DNA of 64,000 nucleotides from Candidatus Sericytochromatia bacterium (GCA_036676985.1 JAKFBU010000041.1:148167-212166), one strand, 5' to 3'; positions 19,959 to 28,337 are shown, counted from the stretch's first letter. Notes: generated by a model from the sequence alone, not told the origin. Numbers and translations: made by a program.

Positions 19959-20600
19959 TTGAAGCTTTTGGAGATGTTCGAGGCCCTGGAGCGCGAGCTG
20001 TCCCCAGCGCCTTCCTCGCCACCCCCCACGATCGCGGCGGCGGTCCCGCTCACTTCAGAGCGTGATCGCCTGGTGCTTGAGCACCGCTCTCGGCTTGAAG
20101 CCATTGGCACCCTGACGGGCGCTGACTTACAACTGGCAACGGAGCATCTGCTGAGCCTGGCCAAGCGGATCGATACCTTCTCGCGTCCGGGCGCGTTCGA
20201 CTGGGCGGAGCTATGGGCTGGAGTGGGGGAGTTGGGCTTCATAACTCCCCAGGCCGAAGAGACTACCTGGATGGTCGAAACGGCGAGCTGCGCGGCGTGG
20301 CTCGCAGGTTTGGACCTGGCCACCATCAAGCCCTTCCAACTGCCCTCGGGGCGCGAGATCCGCAACCCGGCGACCTACCTCGCGGCCCTGCGGCGGGACG
20401 TAGGCAAGGGTCCCGGCGGCCCTCATGCGGGCCAGGTGGCGGTGGACCTGCGGGAGCTTGCGATCGCCCTCGCTGACGGTGAGGCCTCGCCAGCTCATCT
20501 TGGCATCCTTCAAGCGTACACACACCAAGGCACCGCGCGGGACAAGGAGGCCTTGCGGCAGTTGAGCACGGCCCTGGTGACGGCCGGGGGCGTGCGATGA
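19959..20600 (+). CDS. Hypothetical protein
   Basis: ORF whose stop overlaps the RusA start (ATGA); own start uncertain. Confidence 0.6.
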   Translation: MKLLEMFEALERELSPAPSSPPPTIAAAVPLTSERDRLVLEHRSRLEAIGTLTGADLQLATEHLLSLAKRIDTFSRPGAFDWAELWAGVGELGFITPQAEETTWMVETASCAAWLAGLDLATIKPFQLPSGREIRNPATYLAALRRDVGKGPGGPHAGQVAVDLRELAIALADGEASPAHLGILQAYTHQGTARDKEALRQLSTALVTAGGVR

Positions 20601-21034
20601 CGACCTACACGCTACCGGGCTTCAAGGCTCGGCCCAAGGCACGACCGATCAGCGGCAAGGGCCGGATGTATGTCCCCCGCGAGTATCAACAATGGAAGGG
20701 CGAGATCCGGGCTTTCCTGGCTGTAACTTACGCCCCGATCCCAACGCAGGCCCCCGTGTCGGTAGCAATCGAGTTGCATGGCCCCAACCGGCCGCGCGGC
20801 GACCTCGACAACTTGGCTGGGGGACTGCTCGACGCCATCCAGCCACCGAGGGCCAAGGGTGACGTGCGAGCGCAACACCAGCTAGAGGCTTCCGTTAGCC
20901 TTGAGGACCGCCTAGCCGCCGCCACGGGGACCCTCATCGCCGACGACAAGCAGGTGGTCCGGTTGAGCATCGCCTGGATCAAGAGCCGGAAGCGGGCCAT
21001 CATCTTGCGGCTCGAGGAGTCGGTTTCGGGCTAA
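20597..21034 (+). CDS. rusA: RusA-family Holliday junction resolvase
   Basis: PKARP, RGDLDNLAGGLLDA, IADDKQVVRL. Confidence 0.8.
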   Translation: MTTYTLPGFKARPKARPISGKGRMYVPREYQQWKGEIRAFLAVTYAPIPTQAPVSVAIELHGPNRPRGDLDNLAGGLLDAIQPPRAKGDVRAQHQLEASVSLEDRLAAATGTLIADDKQVVRLSIAWIKSRKRAIILRLEESVSG

Positions 21035-21051
21035 TTCGTCACGTGACAAAC

Positions 21052-21085
21052 GCTCTGGGTGTATCGGCGCCGATACACCCAGAGC
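21052..21085. repeat. Perfect 34-bp palindrome (no spacer) between convergent genes
   Basis: GCTCTGGGTGTATCGGC|GCCGATACACCCAGAGC. Confidence 0.9.
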
Positions 21086-21091
21086 CCTGTT

Positions 21092-21469
21092 TTAGGTGGT
21101 GGCGCCACCACCGGGGCTCTCCCACCAGTAACCCTTTCCTGTTGGAGGCGGTGGGTTCATGCGCTCCCGCAGCATCTCAACCGTCACGGACTGGCCTCGT
21201 AAGAATCGACCAAAGGCGCGGGGGTGAACCTCTGAGAAGCGTCTGTAGATGAACACCGCCAGGTTTTCCGTCTCGTCACGGTTGGGGTCCCACTCGCTCT
21301 CCTCATCCATGATCTGTCGCATAGCCGAAAAGAGCTCGCGATGCTCGGGTTCTTGCAGGATCCTCTTCGCCCATGGCCTGAAGTAGTAGTTGAAGTCATC
21401 GATGGGTTTCGGGTTGCTCTCGCTGTTCAGCCCGAAGATCTTCCCCAGGAGCGAGTTGTCGTCATCCAC
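21092..21469 (-). CDS. Hypothetical protein
   Basis: 125-aa ORF with AGAGAGGGG RBS, directly downstream of HTH gene. Confidence 0.65.
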   Translation of the reverse strand: MDDDNSLLGKIFGLNSESNPKPIDDFNYYFRPWAKRILQEPEHRELFSAMRQIMDEESEWDPNRDETENLAVFIYRRFSEVHPRAFGRFLRGQSVTVEMLRERMNPPPPTGKGYWWESPGGGATT

Positions 21470-21493
21470 GGGGGCCCCCTCTCTACAGGTGCA

Positions 21494-22033
21494 TCACGTT
21501 CCGTTGCCGTCCGTTTGCGGCTTCTCGTCGTTCTCCTTCATGGCATCCATGACCGCAGCAACGGCTGCGGCCGTCCCTGCTGCAGCCGTTGCTGCACGTG
21601 CAGCTGCAACAACAGCGCCTCCACCAAGGATGGCGCCTAAGGCTGGAGCGGCCAGAGCGCCAAGCAAACCACCGATAAGACCGTTACCAACAACAGCTCC
21701 CACATGAGGTACCCACCGACGCAACTCCCGCTCCCTCTTCTTCTTCTCGGACGCGTTCTTCTCGAGGAGCTTCTCGTAGAGCTTGTTGATGAAATCGATG
21801 GCATCGGGGTTATTGTTTTGGGCTTGTTCGACGAAGGCGGCAAGCTGGCTGGCCGTTGCTACCAGGGCAGAGCGCTTCTCAAGGCCAGCGAGCTCCTCAT
21901 CACTCTTCTCCTCGAGCCGGACGACGTTGGGCTTCGACGTTCCAAGAAGTTCAGCCATTTCTTCCAGACTAAGCTTCAAGGTGGTGCGAACCGTCCTGAT
22001 GTAGTTCTCCTGCTGATTTTCAGGGTTATTCAT
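21494..22033 (-). CDS. XRE-type HTH protein with C-terminal Gly/Ala-rich hydrophobic (glycine-zipper-like) segment
   Basis: IRTVRTTLKLSLEEMAELLGTSKPNVVRLE; GAVVGNGLIGGLLGALAAPALGAILGGG; GGAGG RBS. Confidence 0.75.
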   Translation of the reverse strand: MNNPENQQENYIRTVRTTLKLSLEEMAELLGTSKPNVVRLEEKSDEELAGLEKRSALVATASQLAAFVEQAQNNNPDAIDFINKLYEKLLEKNASEKKKRERELRRWVPHVGAVVGNGLIGGLLGALAAPALGAILGGGAVVAAARAATAAAGTAAAVAAVMDAMKENDEKPQTDGNGT

Positions 22034-22049
22034 GTTTTCCTCCAAAGTC

Positions 22050-22080
22050 AAAAAGGGCAGAGGCCCGAGAGCCCCCACCC
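22050..22080 (-). terminator. Intrinsic terminator between peptide genes and HTH gene
   Basis: GGGTGGGGGC...GCCTCTGCCC stem with G-U pairs followed by TTTTT on minus strand. Confidence 0.65.
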
Positions 22081-22093
22081 GTAAAGGTTGTAG

Positions 22094-22231
22094 TTACTGT
22101 TTGGCTCCAAACAGCACGTTCAACGTAACGCTCGAGACCATGTGGCCAAGGTTACCCATGTGCTTCTCGCAGTCCTCGCGGGTCATGTTGGTCCGGATGG
22201 CTTCCCGCACCTTGTTCAGAAAATCGCTCAT
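22094..22231 (-). CDS. 45-aa small protein (not in ORF track)
   Basis: MSDFLNKVREAIRTNMTREDCEKHMGNLGHMVSSVTLNVLFGAKQ; AAGGAGGG RBS. Confidence 0.7.
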   Translation of the reverse strand: MSDFLNKVREAIRTNMTREDCEKHMGNLGHMVSSVTLNVLFGAKQ

Positions 22232-22251
22232 TACCTTGCCCTCCTTCAGAC

Positions 22252-22377
22252 TTAGGCCTTAGCCCCGAAAAACGCGGCGACAGTGACGATCACACCAGCG
22301 ACAGCAGCCACCTTCTTGGCTGCGTCACCGGTAACCTTGGCGGCCTTGATGATGATGCGGATCGTGTTGGCGTTCAT
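22252..22377 (-). CDS. 41-aa cationic hydrophobic peptide (not in ORF track)
   Basis: MNANTIRIIIKAAKVTGDAAKKVAAVAGVIVTVAAFFGAKA; AAAGGAG RBS. Confidence 0.75.
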   Translation of the reverse strand: MNANTIRIIIKAAKVTGDAAKKVAAVAGVIVTVAAFFGAKA

Positions 22378-22665
22378 GAGGTGGCTCCTTTACTGACAAA
22401 CCCTCTGGCGTCCGTCGATGACCGAACCATTGCTTGCTGATACATTCATACCACATTTGGACCGAAACTGACCGACAAAATCCGAAAAAGAACAAAGATT
22501 TAATCCTCTACAAACCGTTGATTGAACCTATGTGGGTGCTACTACTTGCCGTTGTTAGCTTATAGCTAGTATGTAATGGACAATACTTGTAAGTTTTGTT
22601 CTCACATGATACCGTGGTATCCACACAGGGACCTGCTTACGCCCAACTCTGGATGTAAGGACTTG

Positions 22666-22848
22666 ATGACCGACGCCGAGATGTTCAAGGCCGCCTTGAT
22701 GGTCGCCTGCCGCGAGCTCTACTACACCCAGAAGTACGGGCACCCGTTGCCTGACATCCTGACGCCGCTCACCGATGCCGAGGCCCAGGAGGTCCACAAG
22801 CTCTACGAGCGGTTCATGGATGAGGCCATCGTCTGCCTCGAGGCCTAG
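22666..22848 (+). CDS. Small hypothetical protein
   Basis: MTDAEMFKAALMVACREL...; AAGGA RBS; directly upstream of recombinase. Confidence 0.6.
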   Translation: MTDAEMFKAALMVACRELYYTQKYGHPLPDILTPLTDAEAQEVHKLYERFMDEAIVCLEA

Positions 22849-22865
22849 AAGCGGAGGACGGGTCG

Positions 22866-23600
22866 ATGAAGCTGGCCGGGTACGTCCGGGTAAGCACCGA
22901 CGAGCAGAGCAAGGGCTACGGCCCCCAGATGCAGCTCGAGGCCATCAAGGACTTCTGCAAGGTCAACGGGCACGAGCTGGTGGCGGTCCATGAGGACCTC
23001 GGGCTCTCGGGGGCCACGATGGATCGTCCGGGCCTCCAGGCTATGCTTTCCCAGCTCGATCAGGCCGAGGGCATCATCGTCTACTCGGTCTGCCGGCTCT
23101 CGCGCGACCGCATCGACACCCAGATCATCACCGACCGCACCCTCTGGCCCGCAGGCAAGCTCCTCTTCGCGGCCACCCAGCAGGTAGACATCCGCACCGA
23201 AGAAGGCCGTCTGATGGTCGCTCTCATGGCGGGCCTCAACCAGCTCGAGCGGGTGAAGATCATCAAGCGCACCCACGACGGGCGGCAAGCGAAGGCCAGA
23301 GCCGGAGGATACGCCGGGGGCCGCCCGAGCTTCGGCAAACGCAAGCTCTGGGTGCTGGACGACCAGGGCAACGTCACCGAGAAGAAGCTGATCGACGATC
23401 CGACCGAGGCCGCGGTCATGGACCTCATCCGGCGGCACCACCGCTCGGGCAAGACGGCCTACGCCATCGCCAAGTACCTCAACGCCAACGGATACACCAC
23501 CAAGACCGGGAAGGCCTGGACCCACGTTCAAGTCGCCCGCATCGTAGCACGAACGAAGGGAGGGGCCGATGTCAGCAAAGGAACTGCTCGCGGCTTGTGA
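22866..23600 (+). CDS. Serine recombinase (resolvase catalytic domain + short recombinase domain)
   Basis: YVRVSTDEQ (catalytic Ser), DLGLSGA..RPGL, RLSRD, IAKYLNANGY..W. Confidence 0.92.
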   Translation: MKLAGYVRVSTDEQSKGYGPQMQLEAIKDFCKVNGHELVAVHEDLGLSGATMDRPGLQAMLSQLDQAEGIIVYSVCRLSRDRIDTQIITDRTLWPAGKLLFAATQQVDIRTEEGRLMVALMAGLNQLERVKIIKRTHDGRQAKARAGGYAGGRPSFGKRKLWVLDDQGNVTEKKLIDDPTEAAVMDLIRRHHRSGKTAYAIAKYLNANGYTTKTGKAWTHVQVARIVARTKGGADVSKGTARGL

Positions 23601-23742
23601 GGCCGCCGGGATCACCCTAGACGAGGCCCTGGCCGACTACATCAAGGGGGCCAAGCTCATCGAGCGGATGCGGCTGCTGGAGATCTACCGGGCGCAGGGA
23701 GTCGAGGCCCTGCTTGAGGCGCTCCAGGAGGGTAAGGGCTAG
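23569..23742 (+). CDS. 57-aa hypothetical protein (not in ORF track)
   Basis: MSAKELLAACEAAGITLDEALADYIKGAKLIERMRLLEIYRAQGVEALLEALQEGKG; GGAGG RBS; overlaps recombinase end. Confidence 0.55.
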   Translation: MSAKELLAACEAAGITLDEALADYIKGAKLIERMRLLEIYRAQGVEALLEALQEGKG

Positions 23743-23926
23743 AGCCCGGTGGCTGAAACCCAGCAGGCACACGGCGGCCTTCTAAAACCGCTCCAAGAGG
23801 CCCAGGAAGGCGGGTCGCAAGGCGGAAGGTCTTACTGGTCATGGCGAAGGCCGATGTCTTGGTCTGGAGTCACCTGAGCGGCCCGATCTTGGCGAGGACG
23901 ACGATGGTGGGGGAGGGGGATGCAAG

Positions 23927-24457
23927 ATGAGCAACAAGAAGGCCACAACCACCAAGGCGATCACCAAGGCCGACGAGGCGACCAAGCCAGCACTACCCCG
24001 TAGCTGGGCAAAGGAAAAGAGCCGTACTGTCGTCCGAGATAGCGCGGCGAGTGCCGCCGTCGTCTCGGCCATCTTATCCCCGTTAACGAACGTCACAGGC
24101 CCCGATGGCGAGGTCCAGAACCTTTCTACCAGTGTGGCCTTTGAGATGATCGAGGCCTTGATGGCCGACCTGGGGCCGTGCTCGGCTATCGAGCGTATGC
24201 TGATCGAGCAGCTGGCCATCACCCACGCCCAGATCATCAGGACGCACCGTATGGTTACTCAGACCGATTACTACGACCACAAGGAGCAGATGCTAGGCGC
24301 GGCGAGCAGGCTCCAGGCCGACTACCGCAAGACCGTGATGACCTTGAAGGAGCTACGAGCCCCGAGCAAGAACGTCATCTTCGCTCAGCAGGCCAACATC
24401 GCCCAGCAGCAGGTGGTTACCCAAACAAACCAAACCACTTCGGGCGCATCCACTTAG
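23927..24457 (+). CDS. Hypothetical island protein
   Basis: IERMLIEQL...YRKTVMTLKELR...QANIAQQQVV pattern, recalled from island proteins that precede STGP-motif genes. Confidence 0.65.
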   Translation: MSNKKATTTKAITKADEATKPALPRSWAKEKSRTVVRDSAASAAVVSAILSPLTNVTGPDGEVQNLSTSVAFEMIEALMADLGPCSAIERMLIEQLAITHAQIIRTHRMVTQTDYYDHKEQMLGAASRLQADYRKTVMTLKELRAPSKNVIFAQQANIAQQQVVTQTNQTTSGAST

Positions 24458-24716
24458 GCTGATGAAACCGAAGCCCCATCAACAAAACCAGCATCAATCC
24501 GCCCCCACAGCCGCCGTAGGCACCGAAATTCATGAGCACCTTGTCACTGTCAAAGAAGAGTGAGGTGACGAGCATTATTACTACCCCAGAGCCGAAGAGC
24601 GCTGCAATCGCTTGCCCGTAGCCGTCGCTAAAACCTTCTGCGTAGTTCCTTCGGTATCTTTCAAGTGGTGTTTCTTGCTCGTTGCCGACGACAGGCTCTG
24701 CGCTCGAGTTATCCAT
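24417..24716 (-). CDS. Small membrane hypothetical protein
   Basis: Two hydrophobic segments; overlaps neighbour by ~40 bp. Confidence 0.5.
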   Translation of the reverse strand: MDNSSAEPVVGNEQETPLERYRRNYAEGFSDGYGQAIAALFGSGVVIMLVTSLFFDSDKVLMNFGAYGGCGGGLMLVLLMGLRFHQPKWMRPKWFGLFG

Positions 24717-24763
24717 GCTGCCCCCTAAAATTAATCAAACAACGAACGAACTAGGTACCAATC

Positions 24764-25165
24764 ATGCCCAAGAAGTTGATACCGCGCCAGAAGGCCGCCC
24801 GTCAAAACAGGGCCAAACGCCCACCACTATCGCCAGAGAGCCGGGAGAGGCTGCGACAGGCTGCTTTGGTGAACCGGCCCTGGGAGTACAGTACCGGCCC
24901 AAAGACCCCCGAGGGCAAGAAGGCATCCCGCGAGAACGCCCTTCGACATGGGGCTCGGTCCTCGACTCTGCTGCCATGCGGCGCTCAAGCCTTCCTAGAG
25001 GCCTTGCGAGCCGCCGAACGCTGTGCCGGGGTATTACCGACCCCCCTCGACGCCATTAAGGCCCTAGATGACCTCCTCGAGGGCCAGCACGTTGAGACGT
25101 ACCTACTCGGGGCGAAGTTGATGTTGCGGTATCAACGGTTGGTCTTGGGGGCGACCACGACCTAG
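24764..25165 (+). CDS. HGGxSTG-related island protein
   Basis: PWEYSTGPKTPEGKKASRENALRHG motif. Confidence 0.7.
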   Translation: MPKKLIPRQKAARQNRAKRPPLSPESRERLRQAALVNRPWEYSTGPKTPEGKKASRENALRHGARSSTLLPCGAQAFLEALRAAERCAGVLPTPLDAIKALDDLLEGQHVETYLLGAKLMLRYQRLVLGATTT

Positions 25166-25207
25166 GGCTACTTGCCCTCGGGGGCCTGGGGCCGGCGCTG
25201 AGCTACA

Positions 25208-25411
25208 ATGTCATCGCACCCACCAAGAGTCGAGGTGATTAACGTGCCACTAATGCCCTGCCGCGACTGCGAAAAACCTATGAGCGATCTTGCCCCCAAG
25301 TGCCCTCACTGCGGGGCACCGACACTAGATGTCGAAATAATAACCTACGGGGCTTTTGGGGTCTTTGTGATACTTTTAATCCTCATCGCAGCTGCTTCGT
25401 TCTCAAGATAG
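25208..25411 (+). CDS. Zinc-ribbon membrane protein
   Basis: CRDC..MSDLAPKCPHCGAP followed by TM helix. Confidence 0.7.
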   Translation: MSSHPPRVEVINVPLMPCRDCEKPMSDLAPKCPHCGAPTLDVEIITYGAFGVFVILLILIAAASFSR

Positions 25412-25561
25412 GCCTGCCAGCTTACGACCGAGCACTCCGGAGAGCACCAAGCACCCCGCACCTCGGACCGACTCCGGACCCTTGGTGATCGGCTCCACTG
25501 TCACGTAACGCATCAACGGCTACACTCTAGCTCGACCATCTTTCTGGAAAGGTAGGGCACG

Positions 25562-26120
25562 ATGGCGACGAGCTTGGACGAGTTGAGCAGGGAGCTGAAC
25601 CTCAGCGAGAGCGGTCTACGGAAGCGTATCAAGAGCTTGGGCATAAACGTCGAGAAGGGCGCGCGAGGCAAGTGGCTGCTCACCGACGAGCTGGCCGCCG
25701 CCCTCAAGCAGGCCGACCACGCGATGAAGAACGGTGCGGGCGAGGCTACGATCCGCCGCATCATCGGGTTCGCTCCGGACCAACCCCGGACGCCGGAGCG
25801 CACCGAGCACTCCGGACCCCGGACTGAATCCGCACTGAACGAGCACCAGGCCGCGAACGCTGTCACCGAAGACAAGACGGGCGATATTTCCCCCGAGCTA
25901 CAGGCCCTCCACCTCGCACTGAGCACCGCGCACTCCGGACCATCGCAGTCCGGAGAGGACAGCCCCAAGCTCCTCGACCTCTTGGCAGATGCCCACAAGC
26001 GGATCTAGGCCTTGCACGCCGAGAAGGAAGCCGCCCTGCGAGAGCTGGCCGACACGAAGGCCCTGGTCGACAGCATTCAGGATAAGCCGATAACCTCAAG
26101 ACCAGGAACGAGGCCCTGGA
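25562..26120 (+). pseudogene. HTH/coiled-coil DNA-binding protein interrupted by in-frame TAG (26006-26008); 3' limit approximate
   Basis: SLDELSRELNLSESGLRKRIK HTH; helical pattern continues past the stop (HKRI*ALHAEKEAALRELADTKALV). Confidence 0.55.
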
Positions 26121-26206
26121 GGGGAGTCGATGCCGGTGAGCTTCGTGCTTCCTACTTGGGGTATTATGGTGGAAGCATCCGGAGATTTATTTGGAGGTTT
26201 GCATCC

Positions 26207-26872
26207 ATGCTGGTCAGTCATCTTGCGCTTGGAAGAGCGGTGCTCGCCCTCGCCCTCGTGGGGATCGGTTGCCTGCCAGCACGAGCGATCGTTTACCCCA
26301 GCATCCCGGTAAATGCGAACGTCAACGACATCCGCGCGGCCTTTCCTCGCGCCACGATCGAGGATGTGAGCACTTCGGTGGGATGGCTCAAGGCCAACGA
26401 ACGCTTGATGTCGATTTCGGGGGGCGGCTTGGGCGGCACGATTTACGTGAAGATGTCGGACATGCGCCCAATTTGGGAGAAACTGTATCGGGAGGCTGAG
26501 GTTGGCTCAAAGGCGGAAGCCTTCTTCGACGAGCGCAGGCGCTACCCTGAGGACAAGACGTTCCAGACCGATTGGGTCCGGATGAGTTTCGATCGCCCCG
26601 TCCCCCTTGCAAACATCGTCGAGCGCTTCGGAAAGTTTCACAAGAAAGCGCTCCGGAATGACGACTACAGTCGGTATGTCGCGTGGACCTCAGGGCCGAA
26701 TAATGGCCTGTCGGCTCAGTTGTCAGACGACGGCAAGAAGGTCGAGTCCCTCGACTACAACCCGACCGCCGCCGAAATCGAGAAGTACCGCTACCTCCTG
26801 TGGCGCAAGTTCACACCTGAAGCCGCCCCCACGCCCGAAGCCATCGAGGAGCCCTCGCCCGAACCGTTGTGA
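26207..26872 (+). CDS. Secreted hypothetical protein
   Basis: GGAGG RBS; signal peptide MLVSHLALGRAVLALALVGIGCLPARA; Pro/Glu-rich tail. Confidence 0.7.
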   Translation: MLVSHLALGRAVLALALVGIGCLPARAIVYPSIPVNANVNDIRAAFPRATIEDVSTSVGWLKANERLMSISGGGLGGTIYVKMSDMRPIWEKLYREAEVGSKAEAFFDERRRYPEDKTFQTDWVRMSFDRPVPLANIVERFGKFHKKALRNDDYSRYVAWTSGPNNGLSAQLSDDGKKVESLDYNPTAAEIEKYRYLLWRKFTPEAAPTPEAIEEPSPEPL

Positions 26873-27004
26873 TCCTTTGACCAACAGGAATCCGCTCGGT
26901 CCTGATGAAGCGGCGCGTGTCCTCTTACATCACCCCACTACTACGCTCCGATGCCCAAGCTCCCACCTTGGCCGAGTGGCGCCAATCGTTCGATCGGCCA
27001 GAAA

Positions 27005-27039
27005 TCCGAGAAATGCACGTGACACGTGCATTTCTCGGA
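27005..27039. repeat. Perfect 35-bp palindrome (1-nt centre)
   Basis: TCCGAGAAATGCACGTG-A-CACGTGCATTTCTCGGA. Confidence 0.9.
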
Positions 27040-27310
27040 GGGGGGCGTTGTCTTAATTTGAGGCGTCATTGGTCCATACAGTTCCGCGATTCCCGCGTTA
27101 GGCACCAACAAGCGCTTGAGATGTTTTTTAAAGCCTTACCTCCCCGCTCCAGCAACTGGCATCCGCCGTACGTTTGCATAGTGTCTGCGTTAGATCCTGC
27201 CAGGTAGAATAACCCGTAGGCTGCTGCTCCTCGGTACGCTCGACCGCAAGCATACCGAGGTCTGGCGCTACAAGACCTATCGGCAGGGCCTCAAGTGGGA
27301 GGAGCGAATT

Positions 27311-28066
27311 ATGGCTTGCGATGACTCCGAGATGCCGCATGAGCTTGCGGAGTTTTTCGGCTGGGATACGAAGGATCACCGGACGACGCTGACACTTGAT
27401 ATAACAGCAATCGTGCAAGCGATTGACCAGGACCCGGACACCCCGCTCAGGCTTCATTTGCCCGATGGGACCTTTCGAACAGATCCTGCCAATATCTGGA
27501 ACGCCTTCCTCGATCTCTCCCACTTGTTGATTAACACCCTGAGCATCCTGATCCCCGAGGCTAACAAGAGGGGATGGGAGGTCTTGCCCTTCAAGTTTGC
27601 GGACTTCAACATGGAGGGAGCGATCGGGCTCGACAGTCTCCGAGCGATAAACGATCGAGTGCAAGAGGTTCTGGTCGAGAACGGGATCGATCAGGTAATT
27701 GAGGCGGATCGGCTGTGGGGCCGTCTCGAAGGGTTGCCCCTCGCAGAGCCCGATGAGCCGTATAAGCTGGACGCTGAACTCCGATACCTTGAGGAGCTAT
27801 CGAAGTCAATCGCCAAAGGCATCCTGCGGCCTCTAATGCACCTCGATCCCCCATGTGCTTGTGGGGCACGCATTTGGCCAACCGTTGGCCGTGACATGCG
27901 TTACGGGGGGAAGCCCCGGCTCTGCGATCGCTTGTGTCCCGATTGCGAGTTAGAGCACCGCCGGAGTGTGAACGCCGAGCGTCAAAAAGCACACCGCAAG
28001 CGGAGCAAGGCCAAGGCAGCGAAGCGACTTGCGACCAAGCGGAAGCGTGTCACCCCCCACGGCTAA
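27311..28066 (+). CDS. Hypothetical protein with C-terminal Cys cluster and basic tail
   Basis: PCAC...LCDRLCPDC...RQKAHRKRSKAK; GGAGG RBS. Confidence 0.65.
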   Translation: MACDDSEMPHELAEFFGWDTKDHRTTLTLDITAIVQAIDQDPDTPLRLHLPDGTFRTDPANIWNAFLDLSHLLINTLSILIPEANKRGWEVLPFKFADFNMEGAIGLDSLRAINDRVQEVLVENGIDQVIEADRLWGRLEGLPLAEPDEPYKLDAELRYLEELSKSIAKGILRPLMHLDPPCACGARIWPTVGRDMRYGGKPRLCDRLCPDCELEHRRSVNAERQKAHRKRSKAKAAKRLATKRKRVTPHG

Positions 28067-28319
28067 TTACGCGTCGGCCACGCAGGAGGCCCTGGAACCC
28101 GCCTTCCTCTTCCTAAATATGGAATCACCCCAACCACGCAAGCAAGGTTCTTTCTAGGGCATCCTCGCGAGCCGCACTCAGAGGGGAGCGAACAAGGCGG
28201 GACAATCAAGCTTGGGAAGGAGGACGCGCGTCGGGGATGATCGAGAAGGAAGTCGCCAAGAGTTCCACTCCAGGCTGGTCTTGACCCACAAGCAGTTTCT
28301 AGCAGGCCGCGCGATTAAA

Positions 28320-28337
28320 GTAGGAATAGAGTAGGAA
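28320..28337 (+). promoter_or_regulatory. Putative integrase arm-type sites (right)
   Basis: GTAGGAA at 28320 and 28331, same motif and period as at the left end. Confidence 0.7.

Noticed and set aside
22145-22341. 12-bp inverted repeat GCCAAGGTTACC/GGTAACCTTGGC inside the two peptide genes as possible invertase sites
   Set aside because: Only 12 bp, does not extend, and inversion would disrupt both ORFs; compatible with chance
22426-22439. 14-bp match AGCAAGCAATGGTT between the island leader and the kinase leader near 35774
   Set aside because: A single 14-mer match in 64 kb can occur by chance; no third copy noticed
25427-25960. CRISPR array in island repeats
   Set aside because: Repeats are short, irregularly spaced and partly coding; no cas genes
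26009-26872. Stop-codon read-through fusing the HTH protein to the secreted protein
   Set aside because: The secreted ORF has its own GGAGG RBS and signal peptide at 26207; shared frame is likely coincidental
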